Assembly: GCA_039621445.1 (NCBI GenBank)
Contig: CP154954.1
Location: 8,372,634-8,436,633 of the forward strand
DNA length: 64,000 nt
Source: Euglena gracilis
Lineage: Eukaryota
Direction: 5' to 3'
Made by a program: the position numbers and the translations under genes. Under the pieces are notes generated by a model. The model saw only the letters and a list, made by a program, of their open reading frames with translations. It searched no databases and was not told the DNA's origin. Below, in pieces: positions 11,401-22,554 of the stretch (position 1 is the stretch's first letter; each line of letters opens with the position of its first letter).

Positions 11401-13083
11401 TGGTGCTGAAGAGGGTACACTTCGCCTGCTCCGCCACGATCTCCTCCGTCAAGGGCAAGGGGTAGCAGTCCGCCATGATCTGCAGGTTCGTCACCGCGTA
11501 GTCACACACCATCCTCCACTTCCCGTTCTTCTTCCGAATCGGGAAGGCCGCCGCCCGCCACGGGCCGCGTCCCGGCTCAACCTTCCGGTCGCGGCAGCAC
11601 TCCTCCTCCATCTCCCGCAGCTCCTCAGGCCGCTCGCCCTTTAGGTGGATCACCCTCCCCACCACCTGGTTGGCGTTTGGCTTGTGGCGCAGCACCGCCA
11701 TCCCGTGCTGGCCTCGGGACGGCGGATCGGGGTGGACGCGGTCGCAGAAGACGCGGCCCTCGAACTCCTTGAGCATCTCGGCGCGCAGTTGGAAGGCCAG
11801 CGGATGTTGCTCCTCCGCCTCGGCAGCGCCCACCCCACGAACTTCCTTCGCCTCCTTGGCCGCGTCGATCAGCACCTTGGCCACCATTGCCTCCACCTCG
11901 GCGTCCAGGACCTCGTCCTCCTCGTCTCCGTCGGGGCCGTTGACCCCGACGGTGAGCCTCATCTTCCTCACCTCGGCCTCCATCTCCTCCTCCACTTCGG
12001 ACGGCGTGCGGGGCAACGGCGACGGGCTGCAGGCTCGGACGGTCGCGTGTGTGCGTGTGCATAGCGCTGCGATCTCGCTTGCTTCGGTGCCGGCGATGAC
12101 ACATCGGGTGTCGTCGTGGAGCTGGAGTGCATCCCGCCAGGGTTTCACATCCAGCCCGTGCTCCGTCAGCCAGGGGTAACCCAGAATCAGGTCACACCCT
12201 ATATCACCGTCATGGACGGTGATCTGGCTGTGCCACCTCTGCACTCCTCCCTCCTCTCTCCTTCACTCCTCGCGTTGAACACCAGGAGGACGTCCGCCTC
12301 GATTTTGCCGCCTGCCAGCAGGTCGCCGTTCACGGTCCGCAGCAGCAGCGGCCGCTCGCTGCGGCGGAAACATCCGTTCGGGAACAAGTCCCGACAGATC
12401 AGCGACGTCTGCGCCCCGGTGTCGATGAGGGCCTCCGCCTTCTCCTCCCGGCGGGTCGGCGTCCACCCAGACGACGAAGTAGCCGAGGTTCTCCAGCGCC
12501 CGCTTCACCGAACCCGTTCCGGAGAACAGGTCCAGTGCACACCTCTTTGGCGTCGAGGTTGTCGGTGACGATGCGGCCGGCTTCGGTGCCGGCCGGTAGG
12601 ACGGTGCGCTCTGCGGTGGGAACGGGGCGCTGGTTGCTGCGGGTGCGGAGCGTGGTGCCGCTGACGGCGCTGCTGATGGCGGGGGAAGCGTCGTCCGGCT
12701 TGGTGCGGTCTGGCGCGGTGCTCGCTTTTGTTGCTGCCGGACTGGGGGCGTCACGGTGGCACGATGCTGTGTAGACGATGGCATGGACGCTGCTGGCTTT
12801 GCGGGGGGGGAGGACTGCGCAGACAAGACCGGTCGCGCCGCAGACGGTTGCTCGGAACGACGGGACTTCTTCTGTAGCACGGACCAGTAGTTGTTTGTTG
12901 AAACCTGATGGGCCCGCCTTGACAGTGTGCTTCAGGGCACGGTCTCTCCCCTCCTTGGGAGATTTAGGGCTTGTTGGGTCTGGGTGGCGTGCGGGGCTCT
13001 TGGGTGATTGCCCGCACGCTCACGCTGGCGTTGGGATTTGACGGCCGGCCCAGACCCCCATCACTGGGACCTGGGCAGCCCCG
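8454..13083 (-). pseudogene. pol: Family A pol pseudogene (MTase motif I remnant, protease, RT, RNaseH, start of integrase)
   Basis: ALDLFSGTGS (~12510-12540), LIDTGAQ, DLRDAFHQ, RPYFDDII, FVLRTDASDYAIGAVLEQ, DKETYAVV, TDHRSL, DWSKAYAVCP...VLREH. Multiple frameshifts and deletions; interrupted at 8966-9721. Confidence 0.9.
8966..9721 (-). mobile_element. Family B fragment: LTR (8966-9603), PPT (9604-9615) and ~105 bp of 3' region
   Basis: Nearly identical to 33163-33918. AGTT...AACT termini. GAGGAAGGGGAG lies immediately 5' of the LTR on the minus strand. Confidence 0.9.
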
Positions 13084-16000
13084 TCACTCATGATACTGCT
13101 CCTGGACCGCCGAGACGTTGCTCTTGCCGAACTTGCCTTTGCCTTTGGACTTTCCTTTTCCTTCATCTCCTTTGGCTCCACCTTTCGCCTTGCCTTTTCC
13201 TTTGCCTTCATCTTGTCTTGGGGCATTCGATGTCCACTGCTCGCCTTGGTACCCACCACCTTTCCCTTTTTCTTCATTTCCTTGCCATGCACTCGATGGG
13301 TTTGGTATCCACCCTTTCCATTTCCTTCTTCACTCGTCCATGGGCTCGATGACCACTACTCCGGGTACCCACGTCCCCCTTGGCCTTTGTGCTTTGCCTT
13401 GGGGCGCGGGCACCGGCGGCGTTGGCGGGCATGGTTGCTGCGCTTGCTCCTCCTTCTTCGGCGGCACATTCGTCTTCTCCACCTCCTGGATGTACGGCTC
13501 CTCGGTGGTGTCGTCGACCTCCACGTCCCACTGCCACCGTGGTACAGGCCGCTTCTCCGGGATCTCCTTCTCCTTCTCGGGGGCCCTCTTTGCCTCCATC
13601 CGCAGCCAATTCACCATGAGGTTGTGGATGTCCTTCGCCGGTAGGTCGCACGGTTCGGCCGTCACTGTGACGATGCTGTCGCCCTCGAGCCCCTGGCGGT
13701 CGTACACGGCCTTCACCAGGGTGCGGTACTCGTCGCCCACTGGCACCACCACGAAGCGGTGCCCCGCCTTCCGCACTGAGGCGGGGGCCACCGTGTTCTC
13801 TTGCCTGATCATCTCCTTCACCTCCTCTACCGTCGTGTCCATCGGCAGGCCCTCCAGCACGAAGGACCGGTGGTCTACCCGCTTGTCCTCCTCCTGTGCC
13901 ACCTTCCGGCGCCAGGGGTGGAGGGGCATGGCTTCCACGAGGAGCTTCCCCAGCTCCTCCTCCTCCATGCCCACCTGCCTCGCCATGGACGCCATCTGCG
14001 CGTAATACTCCCCCCAGGACTTCTCGGTCAGCCTCCTGCTCGTCACCAGCTTCAGCTTCCTAATTCGGCGCCGCAGGACCTCCTTGTCCTCTCCACCGTT
14101 CGCCAGGTCCACCTCCGCGAACAGCACGGCATACTCCACCTCTCCCTTGGTCTCGATCTCCTCGTGCAGCATCAGCACCGTGGCCTCGTCCAAAGCCGCG
14201 CGGAACATGGCGAGACGCTGGGCTGACGTGATGGATGGCCACGCCTGCTCGAGTTTCCGAAGAAACAGGAGACACCGCCTCCGCCACTGCGGCCAGTCCT
14301 CCGGATGCCTGGAGAACCGGCCCGGGTGGAGGCCGATGACGGAGTCCACCAGTGGCGCCGGGAGGAAGTGCAGGGCCGCTGGCTGGGCCTGCACCGGGGC
14401 GATGCGGACCTCTCGCACCGCGGACGCGACTGGGACGAGACGGCGGACGGCGTGGTCAGGCGGGCAATGGAGAGGGACGGCACCCCCCCCCTCCCGCCTC
14501 GGCCTGCTTCGGGACAAGCCGGAGAGCTGGTCGGAGGCTGGACGACGACTTCTCCTGCACCACGAACTCCTCCTGCATAGGCTTCTCCATCTGACCGTTC
14601 TCACCTCTGGCACTGGCTGCTTCCGGGCCACCAGCACCGGCTGCTGCTCGGCCGGGGGTTGGCAGAGCCTTGGCGGGCTTTGCCAGCAACGCCTTGGCTT
14701 GGGAGGATACGATGTGTTTTACCCCTGGTGCCCTTTGCATGCTTCCACAGTTTCCAACTTGCAACTTTTCTTGACTTCACCAGCTGCATGCAAAATTCCC
14801 AATCAGAGTGCACTTCCAGATATGTCCAAAGACATCCAGGTAAGCCCAGGTAAACAGTGCACGTTTGTTGCCGGCTACACAGAAACAGATGAAATGAACT
14901 GAAATTAGGATTCACTTTTTTGAATTAGGGAATGCCACTGGTAGTAATTACAATTGCCAGGACCAGTGACTCACACTCCCCTCCTCGGAAAAATTGCCTG
15001 CAATTTTCTCTCGACTCAATTTTTAGGAACGGGTCCTGCAAAGCCCCTCCAAAAATTGGAGCAAGGCCCGCCGTAAAGCGAAATGTCAGACGATCCGTAA
15101 TTACAATTCGAACAATTGTCGAACAACACGACCCCAATGTCCACGGTTCTTCACCAAGGCGAACTGCAAACCCAAAAGGTCTTCACCGTTGGGCGAGTCC
15201 AGGTATTTGAATTCGTAACATTTTGCAAGCCAAGCACAGCACGAAGCAATCACCTGCAATCAGTCTCAGAGGCGCACAGTGATGTCGGAACGAATTAAAA
15301 TCCCGGCTTCAGGCGATGATCACGTCACTGGGCCATCCCACACTGGAGAGGCGCGCTGGTGGCAGCCAGATCGAGGGGGGGGGGGGGCTGGGGCACCCCA
15401 TGCCAGGGGGCTCACAAGTCACCAAACCCCAACGCCAATGCCAAAAAGGGAGGACTGGGCCACCAACCTTGAGGGGCACACTGGTCACACCCCATTGCTG
15501 TCGGGCCATCCCCATTGCAGGCGCACAAACAACACCCGAAAACAAGTATGGATGGGCCATCCTGGCAGAAGAGGCTCCCTGTCCAACTTACAGAATCACA
15601 TGCCAGATGGGCCATCACCAGAAGAGGCACACTGTCTGACATTTCCAGGCTGGCCATCCTTCGCAGAGGAGTCTCCGTGCCCAGAATCACCAAAATTACG
15701 CTTCAACTGCCTTGCTCGCCATCTCCTCCTTGAACCACTTGTGCGTCTGACCTTGTCATCCAACTCAGCAGTCGAATAACAGTGATCTGGCTTGATAAAA
15801 TCCTCCTTCATCTGGACCTCCGGTCCCATCAGAACAGCCCAAAAACTTCTGCAGCCATCTTCTTCAATTGGTCGAGACTCCGGCGGATAAAAGTACCATC
15901 TGTGACCTCTGGACCACACAGCTGACCAAAGACTTGATTGTGGCTTGCCTTCGACCAGCAGGATGACAACGTGATCTTCAAATCTTTGACATACTTCTGC

Positions 16001-18554
16001 AGGGAAAGCATGACTTCCTTCCATCTCTTCTTCCCCAAAGACATGAATCTCAGCACTCACATCTGGTGGAAGTTTCAATCTCAGATAGTTGTCATTCAGC
16101 ATCTTCAATCTCACATTGCAATCTCTGTTGGCTTGCACACACTTGGGCACAGGGGGCACCTTCAGAGTGTCCTTCTTCTCGGGCTCAGACTGTCGATACC
16201 GGGCGCAACCTGATGCACTGTTTATGTGTTTTACCCCTGGTGCCCTTTGCATGCTTCCAGCAGTTTCCAACTTGCAACTTTTCTTGACTTCACCAGCTGC
16301 AGGCAAAACTTCACAATCAGAGTGCACTTCCAGATAAGTCCAAAGACATCCAGGTAAGCCCAGGTAAACAGTGCACGTTTGTTGCCAGCTACACAGAAAC
16401 AGAAGAAATGAACTGAAATTAGGATTCACTTTTTTGAATTAGGGAATGCCACTGGTAGTAATTACAATTGCCAGGACCAGTGACTCACAACCATGACCTT
16501 CGAAACGATCTGGTCCAGCTGCACGGCCATCACCACGGCTTGCGTCTGGACGTTCACCTTCTGCACTTCGGTCTCCACCACCCAGATCATATAACCAAGG
16601 CTGTCCGCCGCGAGCCGTTGCACGGCCACGGTCAGCCCTTGGGCTTGGGCTCCCACCTTCTGGATATCCGTCTCCACCTTCTGGATCCTCCCCACGATCA
16701 ACGGCGGCAGCTCAGCGACCTTTGGCTCCTTGGCCGCGGCTGCCTCCACCTTGGTGGTGAGGGAGGACTCCTGCGTCACCAGGAACGTGACCTGCTCCTT
16801 CAGCCAGGCGTTCTCGGCCTGCTGATACTGCAGCTGCTCCACCAGGCGCGGCGTCACCTCCACCTCCTTGCGCTGCGCCACCGCCATCGCCTCCACCCTG
16901 GCGGTTAAGGCGGCCATCTGCACCTCGACGGCATTGAGCTTCCCCTGCAGCTGTATGTTCTCGGCCCGCTGCCGCTCCTTCTCTTGCAGCAGCTCCTGCA
17001 CCGCGGCCCTGAGATGCGCCACCTCCACCAGCTCGGTGAGTCCACCCGCCGGTACGCCGCTCTTCACCGCCATCACCGCGGCCGCGGCGTTGTCTTCCGC
17101 CTCCTTCACCTTCGCCCGGATCCTTCGGAAATCTTCACCGAAGTCTCCGACGGCGTCGTGGGTGTACTTCTCCATTCTTGTCATCCGCTCCTCCGCCGTG
17201 GCCACCATGGGCAGGAGCTTGTGGAGTTGTGATATTCCTTGATGTAGTCTGACGATGTCGTCCTTCACCTTCACCACGTTCTCCATCAGGTCCACGTGGG
17301 CCCCTTCTTGGGCCGCCATCCTTTTCTTCAGCTCTTGCACCGCCACTCCCTGCTCGTCCACCTTGTCCTTCATGGCAGCGGCCGCACGGCCGCCCAGCTG
17401 TCCCACATCTCCTTCGCCTTTGAGCCGATGAAGTCGACGGTGTTGCAGAGGCGGTCCATCCGCGTCTGCAACTCAGCGTATGCTGCCTCCCACTCGGGGA
17501 GGCCCTGCATGATCTCGTCCGGCTTTTCCTCGGTGTCGTACATCTCGCTCTGGTCCCGCCCGCCAGCCACTCCTCGTCGTCATCACGAGGACCTTCTCCC
17601 CGGCGTTGTTGTTCACTTTCACCTTCTCCTTCATCCTCTTCAGTTCCTTCGTCATCGGAGAGGCCCAGCCGCGGCACCTTGTGCGGCCGGACCGAGGATG
17701 GAGGGGTGCGGAAGTGCGGGTGCACCGCGGTGGGGCTCGGGTGTTCGCTGGGTGACCGGTAGGGAGGCGGCACTCCCACCGGTGCGACGATGGCTTGGCT
17801 GGACGACGACGCTATCTGCGACGGCGAGGGCCCTGCCACGGGCACCGGTGGCAGAGCAGACTGCAGGGACGGATGCACAGATGGGATCAGGCCAGCCACG
17901 GGGACGGGGATCCCGTCTCGGCCCTCGGACTCGCCGGGGCCGACCTCGTGGGCAGGGTGATAAATGATGGCCCGCATGCCCTCATCAGGGCTCATCGGTG
18001 GCTCCGGGCTGGGCACGGGCACTGGCAGGCCTGCGAAGGCCCCCTCACTCTGCAGCTCCTGGACGTCCCACAGGTGGGGCACCTCGGACGGGAACGGGAA
18101 CGGGAAGGGCAGGGAAGGGATCAGCTGGGGGAAGGGTGGGATCCCGGGGAAAAGCAGAGAGGGTGGGGACCCGGGTGGTAGTCAGGGGGTCGGGTCCCAG
18201 CTCTGGGGCTGGGCTGATTTCGGGAACAGGAGGGGGACTTGGGACGAGTCTCGAGGGCTATCGACTAGGGACTCGGATTGGAGGGGGATTGAATGGGAGT
18301 TGGGGTGGGGCTGGGAGCGCGGGAAACGGGGATTGTGGGGATGAGAGTGGGGATGGGGCAGGGGATCGGGGGTATCTTTTCGGGTAGTTTTCTTGCGCTT
18401 CCCGAGGGCTATCGGAAAGACTTCCTTTGGGGACTACCACTTCAGAGTCCGCCGCAAGGGTTGGCATCCTGTCTGTATCCCGGTGGGCCGTAGCCTCTTC
18501 GTGTGTGGAAAATTCTGGGGAGTTGTGCAGCTTGGCATTCCAAAAAGAAGGCAC
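13084..18554 (-). pseudogene. gag: Family A gag pseudogene, interrupted by element D
   Basis: Coiled-coil segment (16490-17570); core HPGRFSRHPEDWPQWRRR...LDEAT...LTEKSWGEYY (13330-14400) aligning with family B gag; GK-rich C-terminus; TGA at 13084-13086. Confidence 0.85.
14713..16489 (-). mobile_element. Small non-autonomous LTR element D (TRIM-like or internally deleted)
   Basis: ~264-bp direct repeats 14713-14975 and 16225-16489 with TGTG...CACA ends, PPT complement ctcccctcctc at 14976, and 4-bp TSD acga/acca. Excision restores the gag frame (KVMVSSQAKALL). Confidence 0.85.
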
Positions 18555-18595
18555 TGGAGAAAATGGCCTTCAATGGAAAACGTAGAACGAACAAG

Positions 18596-18607
18596 CCTCT
18601 GCTTCCA
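18596..18607 (-). promoter_or_regulatory. Primer-binding site, initiator Met tRNA-like (one mismatch)
   Basis: Minus strand TGGAAGCAGAGG versus TGGTAGCAGAGG in family B, directly abutting the 5' LTR. Confidence 0.8.
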
Positions 18608-19211
18608 GTTTTCCCCTCTTGCCGGGTCGGTGACCGTGCGCGGAATGGGCTCCCCGACAGGCCGAGTGGGGGAAAACAGTCACCCGGCGCTCAGGTAAAA
18701 ATAGGCACACACGCCCCAAAAAAATCCCTTTTTTTGTGTCTTTCGGTCCCTGAATTCAGCCAGAACCTGGGTTACGGCAGCCAAATAATTCAAAAATTCG
18801 GGGTGGGAGTGGCGGTGTTTTTGGCCAACTCCTTTGGGCTGCCTCTGAAGCAGTAGGAGGGGGGGGCGGAGGAAAAGCCTGGGTTTAATTTAAAAAAGGG
18901 TAGCGGGGGGGACGGAAGAACACCTTCACCTTGATTCCCAGCGCCGTTTGCTCTTCCTTTTATGACTTTGATTTTTTGTCTTTTGATTGACCTTCCGGAC
19001 TGACTTTTTGAACTCCTTGGACAATTGTTTCCTTGAACTCAGATTCATTTTTTGGACTCCCTTCCGTCAGCATGCAAAATTCTTTGAATGAAACATTCGG
19101 AAGAGAGAACCTGGGGGGGGGAGTACACAGGTAAAAAAGTAGCGGAATTGGGCAGAATATTTGCTAATTCCAGTGCGCAGGCGCCAGGCCGGCTCCCGCC
19201 GCCCACACACT
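18607..19211 (-). repeat. Family A 5' LTR
   Basis: Direct repeat of 6686-7275, followed on the minus strand by PBS and gag. Confidence 0.85.
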
Positions 19212-19834
19212 TCGCCTTGGTCTTGTCCTTGTACCTACAAAGTTGTACAGAAACTTGAAACTTGAAAACTTGTACTTGATAATCCCAGCTTGTAACTAGA
19301 ACCCCACCAGGGGACATGTCAGCAATGTGACATGTCGAAAAAAACAAGCAGAAAGGCTTTTTTTCCCCCGTCGACCATGACCGGTGTACCGGGGTTTCTC
19401 GCCCGTGGAGCTACACTCAGCCAGGGGGCATTAGCCCTAGGGTTCGAGCCACTCGAAGACCTCCATCCGTTGCCTCAGGTCCTGATGCTTGGCGATGGCG
19501 TGCTTGATAGGGGTTGCTTGTCCTTAGTGTCACTGCTCGGCCGAAGCCGCAATGGTTTAATCGTGACACGTCAGGTAGGCAACAGCCGGTGAACCGATGG
19601 TTCACCGGCCCTCACCCATCAGGCACGCCATGGTCAAGCCTCTGGTTGCTGATTTCCACCTCGGCGCCATCGGAAATTCCCGCCGTACGGCGGCCATTCC
19701 AGACCCCGCCTGGCAGCGCCGTATGCCATGGCTGGTTCACGTCCCGTGCACTCCCGACTCGGAGTTTAGCTTATCGGGACTCGGAGCAGAAAAGCTACAA
19801 AAATTAGGAATAAGTTCACTCTTGCTACTTTGAG

Positions 19835-19935
19835 ACCAGCCGTCCGTCCGTCCAGCCAGAATGCACCCTGTCCAGCCGTCCGTCCAGATGAAAGGACTTT
19901 CCTCTAGCCCTCCGTCCGTCCGTCCGTCCGTCCGC
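19835..19935. repeat. (CCGT)n-containing simple repeat at the 3' side of the CRE-like element
   Basis: Runs of ccgtccgtccgt. The motif ccgtccgtccagatgaaag also occurs at ~5757 and ~29890. Confidence 0.7.
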
Positions 19936-19949
19936 ACGCCTCCAAGGTG

Positions 19950-22554
19950 GCCACCATTGGGGCTTTGTTCGTGGTGCCTGGGCAATATGGATCGCATGGC
20001 TTGAGAAGCTGACGCAGGCGGCATGCTTGCACCTCCCCATTACTGGACGGAGTAAGGTTGATGAAGGCTTGTTTCACCACCGTCAGCAAGCTCCTCGGGA
20101 ACTGTCCCCAAGCAAGCTGCTTCGCCAGCTCCCTGGCCAGGGCCATGCTCAGGCCCTGTCAGCAGTTTGCCTCTGTTGCTCGCCTCTCCCAAGAGTCGTG
20201 CTGCCCCATGAGTAGACGTACGCATTGGCCAACGAAGGGAAGGGCCGCATCACCCATGTCCCCGAATCAACCCAGACAAAGGGAACGAACGTCCATCCCC
20301 TTCGTTGGCAGCCAGCACCATACTTCTTGATTTTGTCCTCCTCTTGCGTCTCATGCCATCTACCAAGGCCCTCTGTCCCTGTTCGCGTTCGGGAGGGTGC
20401 TAAGGGGTGGCGGACCGTCACGTCGATTGCGGCTGGACCGATGGAATCGTACACGAAGACATCCCCGGGTCGTCAACCATCAGGGGCAGCTTCCTTTCGT
20501 CTCGCTGGGAACCCAGCATTTTGAGCAAGCCCCAAGAGGTAGGACTGCACCGCCCCGTGTCGCCGAACAATGTTGTTCAGTTGCAACAGACGACATGTTG
20601 GCCTCGCACATCCAGGGGATTGTGGCACCTTGGGCATCAGGGACCACTGGACCAAGACTTGGAATTCCCTGGTCGGCATGAGGGTTCTTGCACTAGCTGA
20701 AGGCATCACTGACGCCCAAGTTATTGCAATGGGCTTCATTTGGCATGTCAGTTTGAGTTTGCCAGCTCCAGAGAGAGAATTGTGTAACGTTTGCTGCAGA
20801 TCCTTTGCACACAACTGCCCCCGGAATTTCTGGGAGACGACTTCATGAGGTAACATCCCGCAACTTTGGGGGTCATCCATGAACGATTTGACCACCGGTG
20901 GCACCTCACATGACGCTTTTATGTCATCCACCAGCTTCGAGAAGTCCGTAGGGGGTCGGTTTGTTCCAAAAAAAAAACAGGGGGAAATCGAGAATGTGAT
21001 CACCACAGGTTAAAAAATCGAAGGTTGCAGCCCAACTTGCGTGTGTGCGTTCAGTGCTGGGGTCTCTTATTCACAGCCCACCAAGGCGGACTGGCAATGT
21101 GGCCTGGCTCCACCGGTCGTCTTCCAGGGACCGTCCGGCAATGGCACTCATTGTGTGTCGTAGAGTCTTGCTGAGCAACCTGCACTGGGTGGACGCGAAG
21201 AGGATTAGTGTTGTCCGTAGGAGGTCGTTAACCTTGCAGGCATCCAAGCACATTCGGAGCATCGTGAATTGGATGTGTGAAGACGGTGCCTTTTACAGAA
21301 GGGAGCACGCCTTCAATACTGCTTCACATCGTCCGAACCAAACTCCCAGTCGCCCGACTCGGGCATGGTGCAGCGTGGAGACCAAGTTCTGTTGACCCAT
21401 ACCATCGAGTCCACAGGCGTCTTGGCAGCCAACACCGAATTGCCCCCGGCATCCCTTCCACCGTTGAATTTCCAGACAGCTGGTTGGCGCATCAAGACCT
21501 TGCCCACGAGCCGCCTTAGGCACTCACCTGATGCGATGGGCCGCGTACCTTCACGTGATGGATCTTGTTGGATGGGATCCAGGTTGCGGGCATCGTCCAC
21601 AGCACTGGAGGGTTTTACCTTGCGAAGCGCTGTCAGGCGGGCAGAGTTGGGAATCTCCGCAGCACCGGCAGGCCACCCCTCATTGATATACCGGCACACG
21701 AAGGTTGTGAGGCCTTCCAAGAGTGTCTCAGCCTGGCCCCCAGACTCTCTGCTCAGCATGTCCTTTACATGCGGCTTGAGCCCCGAAGGCCCGGCAGCAA
21801 ACTTCTTTCCAAAGCTGAGGTCGGCTTTGCGCACCAAGGACATTTGGTCCCTCCTTTCGTCATCATCGGCTGGTGGCGGGATGCACGTCCGCTTCTCTGG
21901 GGGACCCCGGCCTGGGGGCTCTTCGGCTGGGTTCAAGTCTTTCAGCCGTTGACGTACAATGAGGTTTTTGTCTTCTTGGACGCCATCAGACAAGTGGAGT
22001 CGGTAGGCTTTATCGACGGCCCCCATGCTGTCCAGCTTTTCAAGGCGGCGCAGGGAGCCCTCCTCCTGCGCTTCCTCTTCGCGGCGTACCTGCCCCCTTG
22101 TGCGTATGGTTTGGTTCATTTGCGGGCGTCGGGTGGATTCCTTCCAGCTGTCCGCTACTATCCAGTTCAAGTATGCTTCGGCCATCCCGCGAATGGCCCT
22201 ACCCAGACATGCCCAATGTCCGCGTCCTCCCTTCCCAGGGGAAGCCAACACTGCATTCGGGAATGCCCAAAGAGCATGCAGCGTCTCCCACCAGGGCTTG
22301 TCATTGAATGCCCGCAGGAGGGTGGAGTACGTGTCGGTTACTGCTAGAAGCGCCCACTTCAGGATGTTCGATACCGTCCCCCGAGGGTCGAGAGAGATTT
22401 CGGCCCATGAAGGGGCCAGATCCGGGCCTGGCAATGTCAAGGGGACTCCGCACTTCATGCCAGGTACAGCGGTCTCGGAACAAAATTTTCCTGGGGGGGG
22501 TGGGGGCGACATCGTTCCTAATTGCAGCAGGCAAAGGATCGGGGCTGTGGTCAA
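19950..22554 (-). mobile_element. CRE-like (restriction-like endonuclease) non-LTR retrotransposon remnant
   Basis: AAGPSGL, RPIASGECLRRLVGK, QFGVG, WSQATLPVRLGGL, zinc knuckle CPRC-x8-H-VVCC, RRHGAV, PGDVFV..AIDVTV..K..KY..FVPF. The central RT core is deleted and there are frameshifts. Confidence 0.8.

Larger units (their letters stand above)
6686..19211 (-). mobile_element. Ty3/Gypsy LTR retrotransposon family A, decayed, with nested insertions
   Basis: Direct LTRs at 6686-7275 and 18607-19211, PBS next to the 5' LTR, purine tract next to the 3' LTR, and fragmented gag/protease/RT/RNaseH homologous to family B. Confidence 0.9.
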
